A stretch of DNA of 32,000 bases from Candidatus Korarchaeum cryptofilum OPF8 (GCF_000019605.1 NC_010482.1:1230001-1262000); one strand, 5' to 3'; positions 15,636 through 25,242 are shown, counted from the first letter of the stretch. Numbers and translations are program-made. The notes: generated from the letters alone by a model not told the origin.

Positions 15636-17262
15636 TCTGATCCGACACCTCCTCGCCCTTCCTCCTGAATAGGAATCTCCCGATGACCAATCCTACCACT
15701 AGACCGGCTGCGAGCCAAACTGCCCAGTAAGTTATGTTAGTAGCCGGGCTTACCCTTGTTACGCTCACGTTTCTGAAAGCTCTGTCGGTCAAATTGCCCG
15801 TCATATTCCCTACGCTTCCAGAGACAGTCAGCTCCATCTTCGTTTCCTTCCAGTTTCCAGGAGAAGCTAAATAGCCGATGGAGATGCTCAATGTTCTCGA
15901 TACTCTCTCTGTCTCGCATGAGAGAGTGAAACCCGTGCTCTCTCCGCTCTTCAGATCGCCTATATACGTTGAAGCGCCTACACAGGCTCCGGAGCGTATC
16001 GTCACGTTGACGTACTTCGCATCCCTCTCACCGACATTCGCTATGTTACCGAAGACCCTCAGCCTCCCCGAACTATAGGTAGCGCTAGCACTTGAAAACA
16101 CTACTTTAGCTTCTTGAACTCTCTCCAGTCCTATCTGAGCGCTAGTCTGCTTCTCTACATCCAAGCCATTCTCGAATTCCCTGTAAGTGAACTGAAGTAC
16201 TATCTGATACGAGGAGTAGTCCTCGAGCGGGAGTACCCTGAGAGTGATATTCCTCTTCTCACCGGGCATGATATCCCCGAGATCGAAGAGACTAGCTCCA
16301 ACTATCGATACCGTCTGTGAGGATATCTGAACCCTCGTCTTCCTAGCTGTCTCATCTCCTGAATTCTCCACAGTTATCATTATGTTCTTAGGCACCCCAC
16401 CGTAAACGGAGCTCTCGTTAGAGAAAGCTATGAGGCTCGGTTTATTCTCAGTAGCTTCTGTCTTGAATATGGGGACTGTAAATACTTCCGATATTGAATA
16501 ATACCTTCCTCCGCTCCTATACTGTACTGTGACAGCTATCCTATCGTACTTCCTTCCAGTCCCCCTCTCCACGAATGTCCCAACCTGGAAGACCGTAGAG
16601 GTGTTCGGGGATAGTATCACTTGATTCCCCACGTTAGGATTCAGCAACCTTATGAAGGAAGAGCTGAGAACTATTGAAGATATCTGAACATCTTCAGTAC
16701 CTCCATTCACGACCTTGAGCGTTAAAACTGAAGTATCTCCCTCTATAGCGCTACCTTTCAGGTAAACATAAACGGGAGACGCAGATCTCACCTCAAGATC
16801 GAAGGTAAAGAGGTCATAGCTGCTATCGACTTGATAGTTCTCGGAATCGAAGATCCTATAGCTCACGTTGAGGTTGAACTCGTAAATGCCCGGTGGAGCT
16901 GTCGATGGAACCTCTAATGGGAACATCAATTGAAATGATTCGCCATCAGTGAACTTAGTCTTCGAGGTTTGGAGAGATGGCGAAATTCTCACTACCTTCT
17001 CACCATTGGGGCTCCTGAGGTTTTCCGGGATCTCTAGAGTAGCTTCGAAGGGGCTCAAAGTGTAGTCTTTCGCTACATATGCCCTCAAAGTGACCGTTAT
17101 GTAAACTAGGCCGTCACCGGCATAGACTATGGCTGGCTGTTCCCTCGTTCCCCATCTATAATCGACTAGAGTTAACCCCCAGAGCTTGGCTTCCCCATAA
17201 AACGAGGGAAGCATGAGAAGGAACATTAGGGAGAATAGGAAGAATAACTTAGACTTCGACAT
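15622..17262 (-). CDS. Secreted, C-terminally membrane-anchored surface protein with about four Ig/CARDB-like (COG1361 S-layer-domain-like) repeats
   Basis: The 546 aa product has a signal peptide ([25 protein letters not shown]) and four beta-rich modules of about 100 aa, each with a V-x-N-x-G...a/v pattern (LKVVNGGTEDV, ITVENSGDETA, GNIANVGERDA). A sequon-rich stalk (NMT, NLT, NVS, NIT), a TM helix and a short basic tail follow. The gene sits between the ABC ATPase and permease with 14-nt overlaps on both sides. Confidence 0.7.
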   Translation of the reverse strand: MSKSKLFFLFSLMFLLMLPSFYGEAKLWGLTLVDYRWGTREQPAIVYAGDGLVYITVTLRAYVAKDYTLSPFEATLEIPENLRSPNGEKVVRISPSLQTSKTKFTDGESFQLMFPLEVPSTAPPGIYEFNLNVSYRIFDSENYQVDSSYDLFTFDLEVRSASPVYVYLKGSAIEGDTSVLTLKVVNGGTEDVQISSIVLSSSFIRLLNPNVGNQVILSPNTSTVFQVGTFVERGTGRKYDRIAVTVQYRSGGRYYSISEVFTVPIFKTEATENKPSLIAFSNESSVYGGVPKNIMITVENSGDETARKTRVQISSQTVSIVGASLFDLGDIMPGEKRNITLRVLPLEDYSSYQIVLQFTYREFENGLDVEKQTSAQIGLERVQEAKVVFSSASATYSSGRLRVFGNIANVGERDAKYVNVTIRSGACVGASTYIGDLKSGESTGFTLSCETERVSRTLSISIGYLASPGNWKETKMELTVSGSVGNMTGNLTDRAFRNVSVTRVSPATNITYWAVWLAAGLVVGLVIGRFLFRRKGEEVSDQIEAP

Positions 17263-17974
17263 GGGATATCACCTCCTCACCCACTATAATACCATCCCTT
17301 ATCCTAGCTATCCTATCGCTCATCTCGGCCATCGCCTCATTGTGAGTGACCATGACGACAGTCCTTCCCTCTCTCACTAACCCTCTCAATATCTCCATAA
17401 CCTGCAGGCCTGATGCAGAGTCCAAGTTTCCTGTGGGCTCATCTGCTAGTATTATGGAGGGATTGTTGGCGAGGGCCCTAGCTATCGCGACCCTCTGCTG
17501 CTCCCCACCTGAGAGTTCAGAGGGCTTATGATTCTCTCTGCCCCTCAGTCCGACGCTATCTAGGAGTTCCATGATCCTCCTCTTCCTGTTTCCATTATAT
17601 TCACCTACAGCCAAAGCTAGCTCAATATTCTCAGCTGCCGTGAGCCAGGGCACTAAATTGAAAGTTTGAAAGATGAAACCTATAGTTTTCCTCCTCATTA
17701 GGGTTATCTGTTTATCATTGAGCGTTGCGAGATCTCTACCCATTATCCTCACGCTTCCAGAAGTGGGTCTCGTCAGGAGACCCATTATACTGAGGAGAGT
17801 CGTTTTTCCACTACCCGAGGGGCCCATTATCGCCAAAAACTCACCCTTTCTTACATCTAGATTTATTCCCCTAAGAGCCTCTACATAATTTCCTTTCGTC
17901 CCATAGATTTTCCTGACGTTCCTAAGCTCGTAGACATGCTCTGTGGCCATACGCATCTGAGCATCGGGAAGCAT
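17249..17974 (-). CDS. ABC transporter ATP-binding protein (MacB/LolD-like)
   Basis: The product has Walker [11 protein letters not shown]-loop, signature LSGGEQQR, Walker B ILADEPT and the H-loop THN. ATG 17956 (MRMATEH...) is a possible leaderless alternative to 17974, given the AT-rich boxes at 17978-18010. Confidence 0.9.
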   Translation of the reverse strand: MLPDAQMRMATEHVYELRNVRKIYGTKGNYVEALRGINLDVRKGEFLAIMGPSGSGKTTLLSIMGLLTRPTSGSVRIMGRDLATLNDKQITLMRRKTIGFIFQTFNLVPWLTAAENIELALAVGEYNGNRKRRIMELLDSVGLRGRENHKPSELSGGEQQRVAIARALANNPSIILADEPTGNLDSASGLQVMEILRGLVREGRTVVMVTHNEAMAEMSDRIARIRDGIIVGEEVISHVEV

Positions 17975-18047
17975 TTATTAATAAACTTTGCTAAGTTACT
18001 TATTAAAGATCCTGCCACATGTAATGTAAAATTTTATGATTATTCCC

Positions 18048-18431
18048 CTAAAATTGTAAATTTTTTATAGTTTTTAAGAAAATATTTACGAGATTTGCGA
18101 ATTCATTCCCCATAAGTTTTTCTATTTCATCGATGAACTTCTCCTCCAGGGCCTCCCTATCCAGTCCGTACCTGCCTTCGATCATACTCAAGTTGTAAGC
18201 GAATATCTTAACTACTCTCTCATCCTCATCACTCATAGGCCTTGATAATAGAGCGTTCCTCAATATCTCGAAGCTCTCAAGGAACGGCCTATTATCCGAG
18301 AGATCTAGCTCGATTGCATAACTTTCAGCAATTAAATCTATTAATGAGGAAATTTTTTCACTTGATGGATAATCTTCAGCTAGAGAAAGTGTCCTTATAG
18401 CTTCGGAGAGTGCTAACACGACGGCGCTCAT
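18048..18431 (-). CDS. Hypothetical acidic helical protein
   Basis: This 127 aa ORF has an ATG start, is divergent from hisS, and has no competing ORF on the other strand. I recognise no family motif. Confidence 0.4.
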   Translation of the reverse strand: MSAVVLALSEAIRTLSLAEDYPSSEKISSLIDLIAESYAIELDLSDNRPFLESFEILRNALLSRPMSDEDERVVKIFAYNLSMIEGRYGLDREALEEKFIDEIEKLMGNEFANLVNIFLKTIKNLQF

Positions 18432-18495
18432 CGGAATATTGCTACGCAGCTACTTTATAATCTCACCAATCCTCTCCGAGCCGAAGGGATCACTC

Positions 18496-19782
18496 ATGGT
18501 ATCAATACCGAGGGGCTTCAGGGACTTCCCTCCGCCTATGATGATACTCAGGAAGAGGGTCTTAAGCAAGATAGAGGAGATATTCAGACGGTATGGCTTC
18601 GATCCGATTGAGACACCCTCCCTAGAGTACTGGGAGACAGTTAAGGGGAAGCTCGGGGAGGAAGCCGAGAACAAGCTCATGTTCATCTTCCCAGACTTCT
18701 TCAGTAAGGAGTGGTACACGCTGAGATATGAGTTAACCTTCCCTTTAGCTAGATATGTTGCTATGCACCCTGAAACGCCCCTCCCGTTCAAGAGATATCA
18801 TATTGGGAACGTTTGGAGGCATGAGGAACCACAGAAGGGGAGATATAGGGAATTCCTGCAATGCGATGCTGATATAGTCGGTAGCCCATATCCTGAAGCG
18901 GATGCCGAAGTTATCTCAGTTAATATAGATGCCATGAAGTCATTCGACTTCGAGAACTTCAGAGTCAGGCTTAACGATAGGAGGCTCCTGACTGGAGTTT
19001 TTGAGGAGGAGCTTGGGATAAACAACCCCTTTCCGATATACAGGGCTATAGATAAGCTCGATAAGATAGGAGTAGATGGTGTTAAAGGGGAGCTCGCTAG
19101 ATTGGGGGCACATGAATCCCTGATAGGTAGAATCATGGAGCTGATCTCGACAAGGGGCAGCTTTAATGAGATATCTAATACATTCAGAAGGATAGAAAAT
19201 GATAAAGTAAAGGTGGCTCTCGACCATTTGGAGGAGATATTCTCCATAGTTTCCGATGATAGGCTGGTCTTCGATCTCTCATTGGTTAGGGGCCTGGATT
19301 ATTATACTGGCCCCGTCTTCGAGACTAGCGTCAGCGAACCTAGGATAGGATCTTTAGCTGGAGGAGGGAGGTACGATAGGTTGATAGGCCTTTACTCTGG
19401 AAAGGATGTCCCGGCAACGGGCGTAAGCCTTGGCGTGGAGAGGTTAATAGATGCCGGCCTAGAGTTAGGAATCTTCGATCTGAGTGAGAGGAGCTACACG
19501 GATGTATTCATCGTGAGCGTCAGGAGGGAGAACTGGAGATACGCTTGGCGTATCTCGAGGATCCTCAGGGAAAGGGGCTTCAGTACATCACTGGATTTGA
19601 TGAGGAGGAGTCAGTCAGCTCAGAGGGAGTACGCTAATAAGATAGGAGCTAAGGTCATCGCATTCGTGGGGCCCTCCGAGGAGGAAACTGAGACAGTTAC
19701 GCTATACTCCAGGGATCTCAGGAAAACCGTCAAAATCTCAGAACTGATAGATTCCTTGAGGGAGTTTCTCTCCGTATCTTAA
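18496..19782 (+). CDS. hisS: Histidyl-tRNA synthetase
   Basis: Class IIa motifs are present: PRGFRDF, RYGFDPIETPSLE, LRYELTFPLARY, FKRYHIGNVWRHEEPQKGRYREFLQCD, GGGRYD and GVSLGVERL, plus a C-terminal anticodon-binding domain. I place the start at ATG 18496 (MVSIPRGFRDF) rather than the ORF-track TTG/GTG at 18439. Confidence 0.9.
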   Translation: MVSIPRGFRDFPPPMMILRKRVLSKIEEIFRRYGFDPIETPSLEYWETVKGKLGEEAENKLMFIFPDFFSKEWYTLRYELTFPLARYVAMHPETPLPFKRYHIGNVWRHEEPQKGRYREFLQCDADIVGSPYPEADAEVISVNIDAMKSFDFENFRVRLNDRRLLTGVFEEELGINNPFPIYRAIDKLDKIGVDGVKGELARLGAHESLIGRIMELISTRGSFNEISNTFRRIENDKVKVALDHLEEIFSIVSDDRLVFDLSLVRGLDYYTGPVFETSVSEPRIGSLAGGGRYDRLIGLYSGKDVPATGVSLGVERLIDAGLELGIFDLSERSYTDVFIVSVRRENWRYAWRISRILRERGFSTSLDLMRRSQSAQREYANKIGAKVIAFVGPSEEETETVTLYSRDLRKTVKISELIDSLREFLSVS

Positions 19783-20410
19783 TTCTATAATCAACATCTA
19801 TTTTCAAGAAATCTTCCAGTTCGTCGATGGAGTTCAGGAAACTTGGGAAATTCCTTAGACTCACTATAGCTACACCGTCTTTGGATCTAACAACCCCTGT
19901 ATCGAGCCAGGAAACTATAACTGGAATTATTTGAGATTTTCCGGTCCCCCTAATCAAACCATCTATTGAGTCGAATCTGATAGCTTCATCAAAAGCTTTA
20001 GCTTTTCTCAAATGATCCCTAGCTACGGATTCTATCTTCCCAGATCTCCCCTTCGTGGACCACATCTTACAGTCTATAAGTAGGATGAGTCCCTCACCTA
20101 TACCTAGGACATCTATCTCATATCTCCTATCATTCTTGAACCTTAATCCCCTAATAGCCTCCATTCCATGTATCTGAAGCCCCCTCATGCAGAAAGTCTC
20201 GAAGTCCTTCCAGCTCAATAGAGAAGTGGCCTTCTCCGGGGAAACTCCTATCCTCAGGAGGCAAAAGGCAACTCCTATTGGATCCTTCTCCGGTTCTGTC
20301 CCCAGTTCGCCCTCTAAGTATTCTAAGAGTTTCGGATCAACTCTTTTCCAATCTCCCAAGATCATTAGGTGGAGCTGCCTCTCAGCGAGGTCCTTGAGCA
20401 CTGAGGACAT
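19730..20410 (-). CDS. PD-(D/E)xK nuclease-fold protein, Mrr-like catalytic core (function unknown)
   Basis: The 226 aa product contains WKDFETFCMRGLQIHGMEA...YEIDVLGIGEGLILLIDCKMW, which fits the Mrr_cat pattern (FE...D-x-D...(D/E/Q)-x-K). TATA (complement of 20432-20441) lies about 27 nt upstream of the ATG, suggesting a leaderless transcript. The 3' end overlaps hisS by 53 nt. Confidence 0.55.
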   Translation of the reverse strand: MSSVLKDLAERQLHLMILGDWKRVDPKLLEYLEGELGTEPEKDPIGVAFCLLRIGVSPEKATSLLSWKDFETFCMRGLQIHGMEAIRGLRFKNDRRYEIDVLGIGEGLILLIDCKMWSTKGRSGKIESVARDHLRKAKAFDEAIRFDSIDGLIRGTGKSQIIPVIVSWLDTGVVRSKDGVAIVSLRNFPSFLNSIDELEDFLKIDVDYRIKIRRETPSRNLSVLRF

Positions 20411-20513
20411 TAAGATAGGTGGCTAAGAGCCCATTAAAAATCTCTCGGGGATTTCAATCTCTCATGATAGAGAGCCTTTAGGAAAGTCCATGCGGAGATC
20501 ATTGCTAGGAAAG

Positions 20514-20521
20514 TTTTTAAA
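20514..20521 (+). promoter_or_regulatory. Candidate TATA box (TTTTTAAA) for a trpB2 transcript with a leader of about 120-130 nt
   Basis: This is the only good TATA-like element in the 252-bp spacer oriented toward trpB2. The predicted start near 20543 lies just before GGAGGTG (20549-20555). Confidence 0.3.
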
Positions 20522-20662
20522 GGTGAATTTAAGTTCTCCCTCACCACTGGAGGTGCGAGCATGGGGGATTTAGTTTGGCTATGAGTTCTACCCCGCTTCC
20601 ATGATCTCAGATCCTACCTTATCTGATTCTATCAGCTCTTCTAATTCCGGAGGTGATCTCAA

Positions 20663-21946
20663 GTGCTGAGAATGGACCTTAAGGGAGAGGATCTGCCGAA
20701 GTACTGGTACAATATAGTCTCCGACCTCCCTGACCTACCTCCTCCCATACATCCAGCCACGAAGGAGCCTCTCGGGCCCAATGACTTCTACCCACTTTTC
20801 CCCAAGGAGTGCGTGAATCAGGAGTTCTCCAAGGAGAGGTATGTAGCTATACCCGAGGAGCTGAGGGAATTCTATCTCAGGATAGGGAGGCCCACTCCTC
20901 TCTATAGAGCTAAGAGGCTCGAAGAATATTTGGGGACTCCGGCTAAAATATACTATAAGAGGGAGGACGTATCGCCAACAGGAAGTCACAAGCTGAACAC
21001 TGCATTAGCTCAAGCCTTCTATGCTGCGAAGGAGGGGCTGGAATACCTTACAACTGAGACCGGGGCTGGGCAGTGGGGCAGCGCCTTATCTTATGCGACG
21101 ATGATGATGGGAATAAGAGCCCTCGTCTTCATGGTCAGGATATCCTATCTCCAGAAGCCTTACAGGAAGCTCGTCATGAGGCTCTACGGCGCCGAGGTAG
21201 TTCCTTCCCCGAGCGATAGGACCGAGGTCGGGAGGAAGTACCTAGAGAGGGATCCCGAGCACCCTGGATCATTGGGGATAGCTATAAGTGAAGCTATAGA
21301 AGCTGCTATGAAGGATGATAAGGCTAAGTATTCCCTAGGGAGCGTCCTCAATCACGTACTCCTCCATCAGACGATAATAGGATTGGAAGCTAAGAAGCAG
21401 TTCGAGGCATTGGGGGAGAAGCCCGATATCTTGATAGGGTGCGTCGGCGGGGGGAGCAACTTCGCGGGCTTCACCTTCCCGTTCTTGGAGGAAGTCCTGA
21501 AGGAGAAGGGAAGTTATGATGTAGTGGCTGTAGAGCCATCAGCAGTTCCCTCACTGACCGATGGAGAATATAGATATGATTTCGGTGATACAGCTGGTAT
21601 AACTCCCCTGCTGATGATGTATACGTTAGGCCACGACTTCGTACCACCTCCTATTCACGCTGGCGGTTTGAGGTATCACGGCGCTGCGCCTACAGTGAGC
21701 TTACTGAAGAAGAAAGGTATAATAAGGTCGGTCAAGTACCCGCAGGAGGATGTGTTCGAAGCGGGCAGGATCTTCGCAAGGACGGAGGGGATAATCCCAG
21801 CGCCAGAGACGAATCATGCGATAAAAGCCGCAATAGATGAGGCTTTGAAGGCTAAAAAGGACGGTGAGAGGAAGATAATTGCCTTTAACTTCTCCGGGCA
21901 TGGGCTGCTGGATCTGAAAGGTTATGAAGATGTTTTGAAAATTTAA
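20663..21946 (+). CDS. trpB: Tryptophan synthase beta-like PLP enzyme, TrpB2 class (stand-alone, no trpA neighbour)
   Basis: The 427 aa product has the TrpB2-type N-terminal extension ([26 protein letters not shown]), the PLP lysine motif [18 protein letters not shown] and GHG. GTG 20663 lies 6 nt after GGAGGTGA; ATG 20672 is an alternative start. Confidence 0.9.
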   Translation: MLRMDLKGEDLPKYWYNIVSDLPDLPPPIHPATKEPLGPNDFYPLFPKECVNQEFSKERYVAIPEELREFYLRIGRPTPLYRAKRLEEYLGTPAKIYYKREDVSPTGSHKLNTALAQAFYAAKEGLEYLTTETGAGQWGSALSYATMMMGIRALVFMVRISYLQKPYRKLVMRLYGAEVVPSPSDRTEVGRKYLERDPEHPGSLGIAISEAIEAAMKDDKAKYSLGSVLNHVLLHQTIIGLEAKKQFEALGEKPDILIGCVGGGSNFAGFTFPFLEEVLKEKGSYDVVAVEPSAVPSLTDGEYRYDFGDTAGITPLLMMYTLGHDFVPPPIHAGGLRYHGAAPTVSLLKKKGIIRSVKYPQEDVFEAGRIFARTEGIIPAPETNHAIKAAIDEALKAKKDGERKIIAFNFSGHGLLDLKGYEDVLKI

Positions 21947-21947
21947 A

Positions 21948-22880
21948 TTATTTTTTGACTATTCTAGTTCCTGTTTTTCCATCGAGGGCATCTATAGCTT
22001 TATCTAAGCTAGTTATTATTGCGGTCTTGCCCGTCCGCTCAACGAATCTAATCGCTGCTAGCACTTTAGGTCCCATGTTGCCGGGCGGGAAGTGCCCCTC
22101 CTCATAGTACTTCCTCGCTTCCTCCAATGTTAGGACGTCTAGGAACCTCTGATTCTCCTTCTTGAAGTTTATAGCCACTTTCTCAACATCCGTCAATATC
22201 ATGAATATCTCGGCCCCTAAGGAGGAAGCGAGCCTCTCCCCAGCGAGATCCTTATCTATGACAGCATCTACTCCCTCTAGCTCCTCCTCATCTACTACAG
22301 GTATCCCTCCACCGCCTGAGGCTATCACGATTATTCCCGAGTCAACCATCCTCCTTATTGCCTCTATTTCAACTTGCTTTATCGGATCCGGTGAGGGAAC
22401 TACTCTTCTCCATCCCTTCCCAACATCGTACTTCATGACCCAGCCCAATTTATCCTTCTCCTTGGCCTCCTCCTCGCTGTACCAGGGACCTATGAACTTC
22501 GTGGGATTCCTGAAAGCCCGATCATTTCTATCCACGAGGACTTGAGTGACAACTGTAGCTACCGGCATATCAATTCCCGCTTTCCTGAGCTCGTTTATCA
22601 GAGATTGTTGGATCATATATCCTATTAGCCCCTGGCTCATAGCACCGCAGGCGTGCAGAGGCATCGCGGGAACTTGGGAGGATCCCGCTTCCTGCTGGAG
22701 CAATATAGCGCCAACTTGAGGGCCATTGCCGTGAGTTACAACGACTTTATATCCCCTCTTTATGAACTCAACTATCTGCTTGGCTGTCACTCTAGCATTA
22801 GCTAGCTGCTCCTCAAAAGTCCCCTTCTGCCCGTATTGGAGGAGGGCATTGCCTCCCAAGGCTATGGTGAGTAAGCTCAT
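21948..22880 (-). CDS. arcC: Carbamate kinase
   Basis: The 310 aa product contains ALGGNALL...[11 protein letters not shown]...ASGGGGIPV...IDKDLA, the canonical carbamate kinase (amino-acid kinase fold) motifs. Confidence 0.9.
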   Translation of the reverse strand: MSLLTIALGGNALLQYGQKGTFEEQLANARVTAKQIVEFIKRGYKVVVTHGNGPQVGAILLQQEAGSSQVPAMPLHACGAMSQGLIGYMIQQSLINELRKAGIDMPVATVVTQVLVDRNDRAFRNPTKFIGPWYSEEEAKEKDKLGWVMKYDVGKGWRRVVPSPDPIKQVEIEAIRRMVDSGIIVIASGGGGIPVVDEEELEGVDAVIDKDLAGERLASSLGAEIFMILTDVEKVAINFKKENQRFLDVLTLEEARKYYEEGHFPPGNMGPKVLAAIRFVERTGKTAIITSLDKAIDALDGKTGTRIVKK

Positions 22881-22914
22881 GGGATCACCCTATAATTGAA
22901 AAATATAAAAATGA

Positions 22915-23853
22915 TCAGATCAGGGCAGCTAATATAGCTGCCTCAGTCCAGAGCCTGTTCTCAGCCTGATCGAAGACGACGGACCACTTACCCTCTATCA
23001 CATCCTCCGTCATCTCATTTCCCCTGTATGCCGGGAGACAGTGCATGAATATAGCGTTCTCCTTAGCGAGGTTCATTATCTCAGGCGTAACAGTAAAGGG
23101 AGCGAAATCCTCCTTCCTCTTATCCTTGGTCTCCTCAGGCTTCCCCATACTCCACCAAGTATTCGCATACACTATATCAGCCCCCTTGACGGCCTCCTTA
23201 AGGTCGTGAACTATCTCTAGCTTTGTCCCTCTGCGCGAGGCCTCCCTCTCACCGAACTTCCATATCTCCTCGATCGGATTGTACCCGCGGGGGACTGCTA
23301 ATACCAAGTCCATGCCGAACAGCGGCGCTGTAGCGATGAGGGAATGGGCCACATTCCATATATCCCCAGTATATACCATCTTGAGACCATCCCACCTTCC
23401 AAACTTCTCCTTTATCGTCATTAGGTCAGCTAATGCTTGGCATGGGTGCTCCTCATCTGAGAGAGCGTTTATCACTGGATTCTTCATATAGTTAGCGTAT
23501 TCTACTATTTCCTCCTGACCGAAGGTCCTTATTACGAGAGCATCATAATACCTATCCAAGACTCTAGCGGTATCCTTGACTGGCTCCCCTCTCTGGAGTT
23601 GAAGTTCATCGGGCCTCATATAGACGGAAAATCCACCCAATCTAAAGACAGCTGCCTGAAACGAATTTCTAGTTCTCGTTGATGGTTTCTTGAAGAGAAG
23701 AGCTACTGATTTGCCCTCTAGAGGCCTCACCCTTATACCGGAGTACCACATCTTCTTCAGATCGATGGACATCTGAATCAGATATTCTAGCTCCTCCCTC
23801 GTGTAATCCCTCGTTGTTATATAATCTCTACCCTTAAGATTGAACAGGGCCAT
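22915..23853 (-). CDS. Ornithine-carbamoyltransferase-family transcarbamylase (second-substrate motifs atypical)
   Basis: The carbamoyl-phosphate motifs STRTR and HPCQALADL and the HCLPAYRG motif are present. The ornithine-site motifs read GDIWNV and NTWWSMG rather than my remembered GDGNNV and D-x-W-x-SMG. The start is set at ATG 23853, 4 nt after GAGGGGTGA; the ORF-track TTG is at 23868. Confidence 0.8.
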   Translation of the reverse strand: MALFNLKGRDYITTRDYTREELEYLIQMSIDLKKMWYSGIRVRPLEGKSVALLFKKPSTRTRNSFQAAVFRLGGFSVYMRPDELQLQRGEPVKDTARVLDRYYDALVIRTFGQEEIVEYANYMKNPVINALSDEEHPCQALADLMTIKEKFGRWDGLKMVYTGDIWNVAHSLIATAPLFGMDLVLAVPRGYNPIEEIWKFGEREASRRGTKLEIVHDLKEAVKGADIVYANTWWSMGKPEETKDKRKEDFAPFTVTPEIMNLAKENAIFMHCLPAYRGNEMTEDVIEGKWSVVFDQAENRLWTEAAILAALI

Positions 23854-24036
23854 GATATCACCCCTCAAGAGCTTCTGGGAATTATTAAAAACCTTTGTTT
23901 AAGATATGGGTATCTTCACCGACTAAATAGAAAAGAATTAGTTGGAAAAATCCGCAAGTTTGTTTCAGGAAATTTACCCAAAGTTTATAAGTGAAGCTCA
24001 GCGAAATGGATACCCTGCGAGTCAGGGGGTGTTTTT

Positions 24037-25242
24037 ATGGCGATGAGTAGAGGTGTCCTAATAGGTCTCGCGGCTATAGTAGTTATCTTGGTAGCGGCGG
24101 CTGTGTTTTTCTTAACAATGCAACCGAAGGAAGCTGGGACCGTTAAGATCGGACTCATTGCTCCATTAACAGGAAGCTTAGCAGAGCACGGACTCGATAT
24201 GAAGCAGGCAGCCCTCCTAGCTGTAGAGGAGATAAACTCAAAAGGTGGAATTTTGGGAAAGAAGGTGGAGCTCGTCATAGAGGATACTGCTTGCAAGGCT
24301 GATCTAGCGACAGCGGCTGTCCAGAAGATGATAACCCAGGATAACGTGTATGCGATAGTGGGGGAGTATTGCTCTACCGTTACCTTAGCGGTTCAGCCAA
24401 CGATAATGGAGAATAAGAAGCTCCTCTTAGTTCCCGTATCCGTAGCAACTAAGATAACTGAACAGGGCTACAAATACACTTTCAGGAGCTGCGCAAATCA
24501 GTGGATGCAGACGACCCAACGTGCTGATTGGATAGTTGAGCACTTGAAACCGAAGACTGCGGCTATGTTGGGAATAAATGATGATTACGGAAGGGAGGGT
24601 CTCAAGATCTGGGGAGAAAGAGTAAAGGCGAAGGGTGTGACTATAGTTGCTGAGGAATACTTTGATGCTGGAACCACCGACTTCACGCCTCAACTCTCGA
24701 AGATAAAAGCTGCCAATCCGGATGTCATATTCGTCGTCGCTAACATAAGGGATGCCGCTAATATATTGAAGCAGGCCCATGAGATAGGCCTCTACAAACA
24801 GTTCAGCATGTTGGGTGGTGTTACCAGCGAGGAATTCCTTAAATTAGCCGGAGATGATGCTTTAGGCCTTGTTCATGTCAGTTACTTTGAACCGACATCT
24901 AAGAGACCCGTTGCTCAAGAATTCGTCCAGAAGTTCGTTCAGAAGTGGAACAGGACGCCTGCTATGTATGCCGCAGGAGTCTGGGATGCTTTCATGACGT
25001 TGAAATATGGAGTTGAGAAAGCTGGAACCTGGGATGTCGATAAGGTAGCTGAGGCGATCAAGACTATAAAGTTCGAGGGGGCTCAGGGGACGATATACTA
25101 TGATGAGAAGGGCCAGGCCCAGACTAAGGTCCTCTTAGTGCAGGTGCAGAAGGTCGATGGAAAGCTCAAGAGGGTCATCCTCTACCCCGATTCTGATAAG
25201 GAGGGGGAGTACATACCTCCCGAGAAGCTTTACGGTGGCTGA
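24037..25242 (+). CDS. livK: Liv-type (branched-chain/hydrophobic amino acid family) ABC transporter substrate-binding protein, N-terminally membrane-anchored
   Basis: The 401 aa product has an N-terminal TM helix followed by KIGLIAPLTGSLAEHG...AVEEINSKGGILGKKVELVIEDT...AIVGEY, typical of the type I periplasmic-binding-protein Leu/Ile/Val family. AGGGGGTG lies upstream of the ATG. Confidence 0.85.
   Translation: MAMSRGVLIGLAAIVVILVAAAVFFLTMQPKEAGTVKIGLIAPLTGSLAEHGLDMKQAALLAVEEINSKGGILGKKVELVIEDTACKADLATAAVQKMITQDNVYAIVGEYCSTVTLAVQPTIMENKKLLLVPVSVATKITEQGYKYTFRSCANQWMQTTQRADWIVEHLKPKTAAMLGINDDYGREGLKIWGERVKAKGVTIVAEEYFDAGTTDFTPQLSKIKAANPDVIFVVANIRDAANILKQAHEIGLYKQFSMLGGVTSEEFLKLAGDDALGLVHVSYFEPTSKRPVAQEFVQKFVQKWNRTPAMYAAGVWDAFMTLKYGVEKAGTWDVDKVAEAIKTIKFEGAQGTIYYDEKGQAQTKVLLVQVQKVDGKLKRVILYPDSDKEGEYIPPEKLYGG

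Noticed and set aside
23985-24296. 103-aa minus-strand ORF spanning the livK start region
   Set aside because: It is antisense to the signal-anchor and conserved N-terminus of the binding protein, has no motif, and would place a gene across the livK promoter and Shine-Dalgarno.
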